Below, piece after piece: positions 1 to 9,817 of a DNA stretch of 64,000 nt. A program made the position numbers and the translations under genes. Source of the stretch: Patellaria atrata CBS 101060. Its lineage: Eukaryota. The notes below the pieces were generated by a model, which saw only the letters and a program-made list of their open reading frames with translations, was not told the DNA's origin and made no database searches. Positions within the stretch are counted from its first letter, which is position 1. Each line of letters opens with the position of its first letter. The stretch covers positions 1-64,000 of the forward strand of contig MU006103.1 in the NCBI GenBank assembly GCA_010093705.1, given 5' to 3'.

Positions 1-216
1 AGCAGCTTCTTCTAGCTTTCTTGGTGCAATCCGGAGATGAGGCAGCTTTAAAGATTTGAAAAGTTGTTCACTAATTGCAGCGTAGCAAAGACAGCCAGAG
101 TCAATGAGTCCTGTAACAAACTTGGTTCCATTGAGTCTAATATCCACTAAAAAGGGGTCTCCATCCATCTTTGCTTCTCCAACTTCTTTCCATTCTCTTC
201 GAGCTGCCGCGCGTCC
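1..216 (-). CDS. Ty3/gypsy element A: start of pol (aspartic protease), continues beyond window edge
   Basis: Manual translation in frame with gag after TAG(217-219): GRAAARREWKEVGEAKMDGDPFLVDIRLNGTKFVTGLIDSGCLCYAAISEQLF...; D-S-G retropepsin motif. Confidence 0.9.
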
Positions 217-1371
217 CTATTGGCTTGCGTCTTCCTTAGTGTTATCATCATCTTCCTCCACCATGGCTTGGGTGATAGTGGGCCGAGGAGATACCGCTGT
301 GCTAACATGAGTAGATTGTTTTGGTCGAATTGGTGCTGCTAGTGGGCAGGTGCTAACCCTGCAATCATCTCTACCACAACGGAAGCAACGGTTTTCCCGG
401 ATACGAGCATTTATCTCTCTCTGATCAACCCACTTTGCCCGTTTTCCTATAAGCGCTTGGTCTTCAGGTCTTTTAGATGGGTATCCATCCTTGTTATTAC
501 GGGTGCGTGTGCTATTGACTTGGGTTAAAGTAGATACTGATGGGGTGGGTTCCCATTCCATCATGTCTCGATGTGGTGTCTCAGTATCTATGGTCTGCGC
601 ACTTTTACTACTCCTAACCTTGGTCCACTGCCCAAATAGTTCCATATCATTGCTGATTTCTTCACATCTCTGAGCAAATTCCATATAGGTATCCTTTTTC
701 TTTCCTAAAATACCCACAAGCTTATCCTTCATCCTCTCACTCAGCGCATTACGCAAATAGGATATCTTTGAGTCATCATCCCAATCTTCAGCATCGGCAT
801 TAGCTATCTCTTTCTCGAAGCGGGGATAGAAAGCCATAAATGTCTCGTTATCCCGTTGGCGAATAGAATGAAGGTTTTGGATGGCTTTTTGTTTACGGTT
901 CCGCTCTCCATAGAGGATTTCAAGTCGTTCAAGTAACCGATAAGGGTTCGGTAAATCCTTTTTAACTTCCAACTCATAAAATGTTGTCGTGTTTGTCTTA
1001 GCGGTTTTCTCAAGGTGCATATAGATATAACGCAATTGGGCTTGGAGGGACCCAATGGCTATAGCGTCTTCTTCTATCTTGCCTTCCATCTCTAACTTCC
1101 AGCCCCTCCATTGTGACTTGTCACCGCTAAACTTCGGAGGATGGGGGAGGCTATGGCGCGGCTTCGTGACGACAGGTGTGATCGCGGCGAAGGGGGGAGG
1201 GGTATCAGATTCAGGGGTTGTTGTGGGATCTAATTGGGAAGTCGTTTGCTGATGCTCTAGGGAAGGGAGTCGTTCGTTAAATTGACGACGTAGCTCAGTA
1301 CACTCGCTCCTAAGGTTTTGTATCTCTGCGAGTAGGATGCTTAAAGTATTAGGCTCGTTATTCTGTTCCAT
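217..1371 (-). CDS. Ty3/gypsy element A gag (384 aa)
   Basis: Retrotransposon gag features (PKFSGD..W, IRQRDNETF..FY..F), MEWEPT motif, C-terminal knuckle CFRCGRDDCRVSTC; lies between LTR and protease. Confidence 0.9.
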   Translation of the reverse strand: MEQNNEPNTLSILLAEIQNLRSECTELRRQFNERLPSLEHQQTTSQLDPTTTPESDTPPPFAAITPVVTKPRHSLPHPPKFSGDKSQWRGWKLEMEGKIEEDAIAIGSLQAQLRYIYMHLEKTAKTNTTTFYELEVKKDLPNPYRLLERLEILYGERNRKQKAIQNLHSIRQRDNETFMAFYPRFEKEIANADAEDWDDDSKISYLRNALSERMKDKLVGILGKKKDTYMEFAQRCEEISNDMELFGQWTKVRSSKSAQTIDTETPHRDMMEWEPTPSVSTLTQVNSTRTRNNKDGYPSKRPEDQALIGKRAKWVDQREINARIRENRCFRCGRDDCRVSTCPLAAPIRPKQSTHVSTAVSPRPTITQAMVEEDDDNTKEDASQ

Positions 1372-1400
1372 CCTTAGTAACTTGAATGATCTTGATTGTA

Positions 1401-1564
1401 TGTGAGCGGCCTCTAGTAATTGTGTTCCAACTATCTAGTCCAGATGCTATCTACAATCAAGATAAAGAAGAAGAGAAGAGTCTGAAGGCAGGTTTGAGGA
1501 AAATATTACTGGCTGATCTTCGGATGCAGGGCGCGCTCATACCACTAGGCTCTAGCCTGTTACA
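1401..1564 (-). mobile_element. 5' LTR of gypsy element A (~164 bp)
   Basis: TGT...ACA termini (+ strand TGTGAGC...CTGTTACA), 30 bp upstream of gag ATG, abutting a PBS-position 12-mer (1389-1400). Second LTR is outside the window, so the right boundary is inferred. Confidence 0.7.
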
Positions 1565-3865
1565 CTATATACATAAATCACTTTTCAGGGCCCTTATATG
1601 CTTAGTGAAGTCTTCAGTAGTTTAACCCACTGATATTTTATATGTAAAGGAAAGTCAATACGTTAAACTCCATACAAAGGAAATTGTTGGAAAACCGTCT
1701 TTCTTCCTCTTTACCATCTCTTTTCTATTTCCAGTTCTATGCCATACATCTTGTTATCTTTTGTAGGCTCTACACTTCTACTCTATCTACATCTCCTGCG
1801 TGTATCAACCATCTGGCAATAGAGATTTGAGTTCTTGCCATATACTTGAATAACACCTGTTTGCCTAACTTTGTGCAAAAAAGCTTTACCCATTGTTAGC
1901 TTTGATCTTAGTCGCCTCCTCATTTCCTTGCGCTCTTTAGAGTAGTGTGTACAATGTAAAATGAGGTGTGTTGGTGTTTGGAGTGATTGACAGTCTCTGA
2001 AGCACTTCCCTTCTTCATCTTTCCCAATCACCTGAGAGTAAGACTTGAAGAATCAAATACCAGTCTTAAGTTGAAAGTATGCTGCTTGGATCTTTTTCTG
2101 GACATTAGATTTCGGTATACCGAGTGAGAAACGCACAAGATCTCTGAAAATGCGTGTATAATGTTTGCCTTGTTTCTTGCTATTGGCTTCCCAGCTTTGT
2201 TTTAATTAGATAAGACCTTTTCCTTGCATTTTCGTTTAATATAACTGAGTGATGTGAATGAAGTGCTTATAGGCTTGCGGCCCAGTCCCTTTTTAGCTAG
2301 CTTGTCTGCTATATCATTCCCCATGATGTTCTTATGGCCAGGAACCCAGCTGAAGGTAATTTTCATTTCCCATTCGTTGGTAAGAGTATTGCATAGGTCA
2401 GTTATCATCACACTTAATTCTCGTCCTTCCTCAAGACTGTTCTTTTGTAGCCTTTTGAGTGCTGCCTGGTTGTCCACAAAAACCCATAGGTTTTTGGTAG
2501 TAGATTGTCCCTTCTCACATTGGGTCTTTTCTCTTTCAAGTGCTTTCAGGATGGCAAATAGCTCTGCATCCATAATCTTAACGCTATCTCCTAAATTCCA
2601 GTTGCTGGTAAACAAAATGCGCTGATTGTTTCTTATCTGGTATGCTCCTGCAGCATTTCTGTTGCCTTCTTTAGACCCACTAGTGTAGTAAACACTGATC
2701 AGCCCATCCTTCATGCCTGATTCTATGTCTCTGATTAGTTTATCATGTTGTTTTGATGCTTTTTCCTTATCCTTGCTGGAGATGATAAATAATGCCTTTA
2801 ACTTTGGCCTCCAAGGTTGAGCATTATGTACCGAAATCTTTTCTATCTTCCAGTTGGTGATAAACTCCTGGGTTCTCTTCAATAAGGACAGGAGCCGAGT
2901 GTTTGGTCTTGTGATATATTTGATTGAAGTATTGCCTGCTTCTGAGTCAGAGTCTAAGGTTATATCTGAGTCATCTCTTTCAAGCTCTTCCCAGAGCACT
3001 CTCTTGACTAGATGGTTTTTGTGGAACTTCAGAGTCCTGAGGGCATAAGAATTGCACAGCTTCTCAACTCTGACAGCTGGAGGAGGCAGGTATGCTTCAA
3101 TCTCCATGGCAATGCTTAGAGAAGTCTTGAAGGACCCAAGATCATCCTCAATGCTTTGTTCTGCAATGTTTGATACCTTTCAACTTGCTGGCTGCTCCTG
3201 TGATTCGGGTTCCACCATACTGGTACTCCATAGTCTGCTATTGAGTTGACGCATGCACTATACAGCTGACGCACTGCTTGGATTGATAGACCTTTCTGTA
3301 TGTTTCCTAGTCTTTGGATCATGTAAATTACATTTTCTGCACTCTTCATCTTTTTCTCTACATGCTGTTTGAAGGTGAGTTTTGAGTCTAGAAACATCCC
3401 GAGCTATCTGACCATTAGCTTTGGCTGTACCACCTGGTTGAAGAGGCAGATTGAGTCCTGGATTAGCGTTCTCTTATTATGAAAGTGGATGAGTTCCGTT
3501 TTTGCAATATCAAATTCAATACCATGTTCTTTGGTTATTAAGATCAGGTCTTGAGCAGCCTGTTCCAGCAGCTTGCAGTTTTTCTTTGCAGATGTAGAGA
3601 CTGTTGTCAGTGAAAAGTCATCAATATAAGTTAGTAAGTTGATCCATTCCCTATCTTTACAGATCTTCCTAACATAGATTAAGAAGAGAATCGGTGAAAT
3701 TGGTGAGCCTTGAGGTATGCCAACATTTATGCTATGCATTTCTTGCCTTTCCCCATTAAATATCAGCTGCATCTTTCTGTGAGTTAAGAAACATGAGATC
3801 CATTGGCAGAGGCTGTATGGGAGTCCTAGCTGTTTGCAGGTAGACAGGAGTTGGTTGTTGGATGA
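1565..3865 (-). mobile_element. Degenerate, 5'-truncated Tad1/CgT1-type LINE (RT-RNase H-Cys/His tail, 3' UTR)
   Basis: RT motifs GIPQGSPISPILF, YIDD, VR*LGMFLD; RNase H motifs DAELFAI, VDNQAAL, WVPGH..IMGNDIAD; C-terminal C..C...TPTHLILHC; broken by stops and frameshifts. Confidence 0.88.
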
Positions 3866-4250
3866 TCTATGGGTTACCGAGTAACATCTGATAATCAGTA
3901 AGATATGGGACTATATAGAATAACATCCTTCTCTGTAAGTGACCTCCAATATCAATATCTGCATAAGCAAGTTCATGTATTTTCCATCCAGTAGGTGAAA
4001 GTCCTCCGAGTGATCTTAGGGGAATCTGAACACACAGAAGATTGCAGCGATTGACAAAGCGACTGTCTATTGGAATACATTTCGCAACCAGTGTCAATAT
4101 GAGCTCTTCCATAAGACTCTTGATTGAGTAGTATAGAAACTAAAAGAGATTTACGTTTCATTTCTGACTGGTTATTCTCCCATTGCCTTTTTACTTCTCC
4201 TGCTTCCTTTCTACTTTGCTCCTGTTGGCCTTTTTCAACAGAGGCATTTA
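3866..4250 (-). pseudogene. Gypsy element B truncated pol (protease only, frameshifted)
   Basis: -1 frame after gag: ...EVKRQWENNQSEMKRKSLLVSILLNQESYGRAHIDTGCEMY (DTG motif), then shifted FYIVPYLTDYQMLLGNP*; ends abruptly against LINE RT. Confidence 0.85.
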
Positions 4251-5381
4251 GTTTTCCGAATCTGATATACCCCCTCCCTCTTCTAATTGTGGAGAGGCTT
4301 GTATTTGAGTAACCTTCATAGTTCTGCTTGGCCTCTTAGCTGGCTGGTAGGGACACTGGGTAATCCTATGTCCTGAGGCTCCACATCGGATGCAAAGGCC
4401 CTGTTCTTTCCGTCTTTGGAGTTCTTTAGGGGTTACCCACTTAGCTTGCTTTCCGACTGCAATTTGAGCTGATCCTGTAGGCGTCCAATCCATTTTACTG
4501 TCCCCTTGGGGAGACGCTCTCCAATTGCTTTGAGAAGGTTGTTGACTCACTTTATGCTTTGAATCTGATTCGGGTTTCTGGGTTATTCTGAATTTGTAAG
4601 CACGGAGGCGATCATCAACCTCCTTTAGGGTGTTACAGTAACTATCAAAGTCTGTATTACTTGAAGGGACTGTTACCATTGCGCGAGCAAGTTCATCTCC
4701 AAGGACTCTATCTAGAGATATCTTCTTTGCACTATCTGGTAAACTTGCATCTCCTGCTTCGATAATAAGACCTTGCCATTCCATATACGGGTCTAAGGAT
4801 GAACGATTCCCTTGTCGTAAAGATTCTAGCTTCCGCTGAGCGCGTTCCTTTGCTTGTGGGTCTTGAAAAACAAATCTCATCTGGTTAAAGAATATCCCAA
4901 CTGTAGCTTGATCTTCAGTCCCATATTCACGAATCCAAGCATCCATTCTCTTTAAGGCTTTACCACGTAGGCAGGCAGACAATGCCCAGAACTTAACATA
5001 CTCGGAATAGTTGCTATAGTCGACCTGGATCTTAACTTGAGCCTGTTGAAGCCAAGCATCAAGCTTCCCTGGTTCGCCATAGTATTCTTGAAGAGGTGGT
5101 AAAGCTTTTCCAGGTTTGTTAAACTGTTGAGAGTGACTCTGGTTCAAGGGTTCCTGGGTGGAGTCATTTAGAGGCGTTGGTGGTGCTTTAGTCTGAGGAT
5201 TACTATTGTCTTTGCTTGTGCTCGAGGTAACTACGGGTTGGATTGCACGTTCAAGTCGGTCTAAGCGCTGCAAAATTTGCAGTGCCCACTGTGGAGGAGC
5301 TTCTTCTCGCTGTCTCTGTTGTTTCTGTAGATTTTTTGCCATTGTATCCATTTCTTCCGATAAGTTACTTGGAGAACGCAT
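4248..5381 (-). CDS. Ty3/gypsy element B gag (377 aa)
   Basis: Gag motifs (LESLRQG, MDWTPT, AKWV) and CCHC knuckle CIRCGASGHRITQC; similar architecture to gag A. Confidence 0.9.
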   Translation of the reverse strand: MRSPSNLSEEMDTMAKNLQKQQRQREEAPPQWALQILQRLDRLERAIQPVVTSSTSKDNSNPQTKAPPTPLNDSTQEPLNQSHSQQFNKPGKALPPLQEYYGEPGKLDAWLQQAQVKIQVDYSNYSEYVKFWALSACLRGKALKRMDAWIREYGTEDQATVGIFFNQMRFVFQDPQAKERAQRKLESLRQGNRSSLDPYMEWQGLIIEAGDASLPDSAKKISLDRVLGDELARAMVTVPSSNTDFDSYCNTLKEVDDRLRAYKFRITQKPESDSKHKVSQQPSQSNWRASPQGDSKMDWTPTGSAQIAVGKQAKWVTPKELQRRKEQGLCIRCGASGHRITQCPYQPAKRPSRTMKVTQIQASPQLEEGGGISDSEN

Positions 5382-5464
5382 GTTTTAACACGTTGCTTTG
5401 ATATACCGTTCCGATTGAATGCACAAATAGTGCCCGTTCCAATGGTTTATGAAGTTTAAGCTAA

Positions 5465-5635
5465 TGTCATGGCTCAACCTCAGATGAAAGCTGAAAGGTA
5501 TATTGCGATATGTACATGAAGCTTAAACATAGGAAAGAAATGTTGAGACAGCCTATGCTGTTCTACTAAAGTACAGTATGACTAAGCCGCTGAACCATCC
5601 AAGGCACTTATGCCTATCGGGTCTAACCCGTGACA
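5465..5635 (-). mobile_element. 5' LTR of gypsy element B (~171 bp)
   Basis: Terminal inverted repeats TGTCAtGG...CCgTGACA; adjacent PBS-position 9-mer 5454-5462; 84 bp upstream of gag. Confidence 0.8.
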
Positions 5636-6186
5636 CGCATCAGCGAAATCACCAGCCGTACTGGATAGAGAAACTCCCACATTATTCGCTGCTTGAAATA
5701 TAAGAACTAGCTTGAGTCAGGAGCAGCCCACACGAGTGTACACGAATTAGGGGGATCACCGGTGACCACAGCAGGAGAAGAGCAAATGTTGTTTTGTGGA
5801 CGAATCGTATTATGATATTTCTATATAGATATACTTGGGTTAGATACGCCTAGCAGAACAACCAGGCTGAGTAACTACTGCTCAACTCTTCCTTGTAAAC
5901 ATGGGGACTAAGACTGTAGCTATCCTTCAGGATGCTTGCAACAAGGGCTTGGACGCAGTCCTCTCTAAGAAAAGGAATTTACACTACTAAATCGAGCGAG
6001 ACTAATGTTAGACGTGAGGGTGCTGAATAATTAAGATAATCGCTTGATTTTTATCTATCCATCTACTGAAGGAACGTCTATATATACTGAAACGCTATAG
6101 ATAGTACATCTCCAAATTTCAATATAGGTAATAGTCGTTGAGATATCTGCTGAGATATCTGTGGAGATAGTGGAGTCGTTCGAGGG

Positions 6187-6301
6187 CGAAACAGATATCG
6201 AAACCAGATATCGAAAACAGATATCGAAAACAGATATCGAAAACAGATATCGAAAACAGATATCGAAAACAGATATCGAAAACAGATATCGAAAACAGAT
6301 A
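6187..6301. repeat. 13-bp minisatellite (GAAAACAGATATC) x ~8.7
   Basis: Directly visible head-to-tail repeats, near-perfect; diverged GAGATATCTG copies just upstream (6140-6170). Confidence 0.95.
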
Positions 6302-6815
6302 ACTTTTGAAGATAGACTTTTAGTGCTCCATACTACTCCGTGGCTGACAGCTGACAGATAGCTGACAGATCCACCAAAGGACCCATACTTCAACACCAGC
6401 CAAATTGGTTTTGGTCCTATACTGGGAGGTGATTAGAGAGGCTAATTGCTCGCTGTTCGGACGATAGCTTCATTTACATACCTGAAATCCAGAAGTTTAT
6501 CTGTAGTTATACATCTTTGGTATGTTTCACACCACATGTAAGCCAGCTTGGTTCTACCCACCTACGCTACTTTCAGAGTGTGACTATAAATTTCAGTTTG
6601 GGCATCCTTTTAGACTTGACTTCGCACTTTCCAGAAGACTTCTATTCTACTCAGCGTCTATTCTGAGTCCAAGTAAATTCTGGTTTTGCAAAAGTGAATA
6701 CTTTAGAACTAGCAACTATTGTATCGTACTATTAAGTATTTAGGAAAGCTTCTTTAGTCCTAAGTACCACGATCAAACTCACTTAAAGGTTATCCTGAAA
6801 CCACAACTTCGGGCG

Positions 6816-8760
6816 ATGGAGGCAAAGTATGTATAACCCAATCATTTGTGAATATTTTTTTTTGGCAGATTTGAAGCCATCTCAATCATAAACAACAACT
6901 GGAAGCTGCTGTAAGGGTATGCCATGAAAAGCTGGAATTATACGAGTTGCGGCCAATAGAGGAATACTGTCAGTCTTCCAACGTGCAAAATGGATTGTCG
7001 ATATTAGAACGGCACAATGCCACACAGTCCGTCCAGGAAGCCTTGTAGGTGATATCCCTCTTATTACCGGCTTACGAGAAACTTGCTACTTTCCTATCAA
7101 TCCATGTGAACTCTGAAGTCAATACTGCTCTGATTTGGGGATTGTTCTACTTTTCTGTCGATGTACGTTTCTGAAGGGATCCATGCATGATTCAGCTGAT
7201 GTTCCTCGATTAGATATCTGTTAGATGGTGGGGCTTACTATCGGGTAAATGTGATACTGACTAGTGGAAATAGCGGTGTGGAATGTTAGCTTGAGACGTT
7301 GTGTCAAACTGTATCAAAACAAATCTCTAACACAACATTTATCTGTGTTGTTTTATCTGTTTCTTTTGATTCATGCTCGTTGTCTTCGTTCTGTATACAA
7401 ATAGTCCGCATCTCTCAGTAGTAGCAAATCAAGCGATATATTCAGTGCACCTGCAGATCCAGTTTATCTAACAATATCTGTTAAAGATGAACACGCAATC
7501 TTACGTCTTTCCCGAATGTCTAAATCACTTGGACGTAAGGTCGAACTCTTCAATGCATACTGTGACAATGACTTAAAATTTGATTAACTGAAGCAAACAG
7601 CGCTGGATGTCTATGTTAACCTAGTCGTGTTCTATACAGACACGGTATGCTTTTTGCACAGTTCAGAAGTGTCTGGTAAGTCGCAATTCCATAACTATTT
7701 TTTCCTACTGTATGAGCTGAATAATACGTGGAGCGTGTGAATGAAGAAGCATAGCGTGCACTTAATTCTCACTATAATACCGCTTCCGAGAGCAACGATG
7801 ACGCTATCCAACGTGTGGAGAAACTTGCTCGACTTGCAACGTATGTGGACGAAGTTCAAACGCTACAGCTACTGTTAATACTCAGCCCTAGTAGCTTTAA
7901 TGAAAATACCCGGCTACCTTGTGTAATCCTACCCGTGGCACGCAGTTCTCGCTTTTACGATAGAGACTATGTCATTGAACGCATTGATGCACACTTTCAT
8001 TGCGAAGACGACGCCCAGCAATTCCGCTCTCTAGCATTGTTCGGTTTAGGTGGCGTGGGTAAAAGGTTCGTGGCCTCAAAATATGCCCATTGCAAGACTA
8101 CAAAGTTCTCTGCAATCCTCTGGATACAAAGGGAGACTGCTGCTGCGCTCCAACAAAGTTTTATTAATATTGCGCTTCGTTTGAAGTTTCCCGGAGCGGC
8201 TCTCGGAATCCTGAGGAGAACCGAATCTATGTCCCAGACTGGCTGCAGAATACGAGTGAGACTGATAGATTTGATGATTTCTATCTATCCCTACTGATAT
8301 GATCCAGATCACAAAGTGCTACTCATCTATGATAACGTCGAGAGTTCCGACCTCATACGGAAATATTGGCCAGTAGCAAATCAAGGTTGTGCGTTGATAA
8401 CCGCACGGAATCACAATCTTGCGTATGAACCAGCAGAGACCGGTATTGAAGTATTACCCTTCGATACAGAAACGGGCTCAGTATTTGTTCTGCACCTATT
8501 GTCTCTGGATATTGCTGCAGATGTAGCTACTCAAGAGTCCAAATCAGCAGCACAACTTTCAGAGAGGCTTGGTGGCTATGCGCTCGCAATTTCCCAGATG
8601 GCAGCACTGATACACCGAAGATCTTGGACTATTGAAGAATTTCTCGCTATTTACGATCGATTTCAATCGGCATTCTTCAGCTGCTTGTCGCTATTCTTCA
8701 ATTAGCCAAGTTGTGAAAATTGACTTGCTAAGGGAATCTCCGTATCTACAGCACTCGACC
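6816..8760 (+). pseudogene. NB-ARC (fungal NLR-like) pseudogene
   Basis: P-loop LFGLGGVGK, Walker B LLIYDNVE, LITARN, LGGYALAISQMA (GxPLA-like); N-terminal helical region (LIWGLF...VELFNAY) with stops; frameshift near 8210; no C-terminal repeats seen. Confidence 0.82.
7219..7473. mobile_element. Solo LTR (255 bp) with 5-bp TSD
   Basis: TGTTAGAT...ATCTAACA 8-bp inverted termini flanked by ATATC at 7214-7218 and 7474-7478. Confidence 0.9.
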
Positions 8761-9817
8761 GCATACTGCTGATAGTCTGGTCCTTCTCGTAGCTACACGT
8801 CTGACTTCATCCGGTATTCTTTGATACCGTAGTAAATTTAATTACTTAAAGAGGATTGGATGATAAACAACGCGAAGGAGGGGTATCAGCGGTATAGAGA
8901 CCGCTGGGTTTGACTATGCGCTAGATTTCATGGCTCTCATGTAACTATACTAGAATCTCTATTGATCGATACTCAGTAAATTTCACCTTTACCATAACAC
9001 CATCATTGTACAACTCCCCAGCCTCCGCGGGATAGAGCTCACCATGGGAGAACTCGAGTGAGAGGATGCGAGACGCACTAGGGAGGTGATCGAATAAATC
9101 TATGTTCATTTTCTGTACTCACTATTTTCAATTCCCTCAAACCCTCAAGCCGACCGAACTGGTCTTCCCCCAATATTATCCAGTTCGCCCTGCCACAACC
9201 CAATTCCGAGAAACGAATCCGACTCAACCCCCCCAAGTACATGGAGGACCGCACACCCCCTCCCCGTCCCTTTTCTCCTCCACCCCCCTTTCCCTCTCAT
9301 TCCCTCTCCTCTAACTCCCGGTAACAATCCCACAACTCAACGCACAGTGCACAGCAAGCCCAAACGAGGTGAGTAAATCGCAACAATCAATTGTGAGCGA
9401 TTCTCTAAGCTACCTATGCAAATGACTACTTACTACTTATCCACCCTATACTGAGCTGAAAGTTGAAAAAAGGGGGTTATTATTTTTGGGAAGGGGTGAT
9501 ATTACATAAACAGCCGTGAACCAGAGGGAGGAGTTGGCTAACTACCGTCCCGTGGGCAATGGTGCCATCATACCTTATTCCTTATACTAAGGGGGAGATC
9601 GTAACGCATAGGCTACTAACCCTGCAGCAGACCAAATATGGGGAACCCTAAAGGAAAAAAGGGGAAAGCCGAATGAAAAAAGGTAAAGCTAAAGGAAAAA
9701 GGAGGAAGAGGTGACCACCTCAAGCACACGTAGCCCCAGCAGTCTCCCACATCACATCACATCACATTCGAAGTAATCAGAGCAAGACGATAGCAAGAAG
9801 GGTATATAGACCCAACA

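Noticed and set aside
5640..6050. Possible DNA-transposase remnant
   Set aside because: Stop-rich, with no convincing catalytic motif or terminal repeats by eye.
6187..6301. CRISPR-like array; ORFs 6055-6396 and 6161-6361
   Set aside because: Units are head-to-tail with no spacers, in a eukaryotic context; the ORFs are just translations of the repeat.
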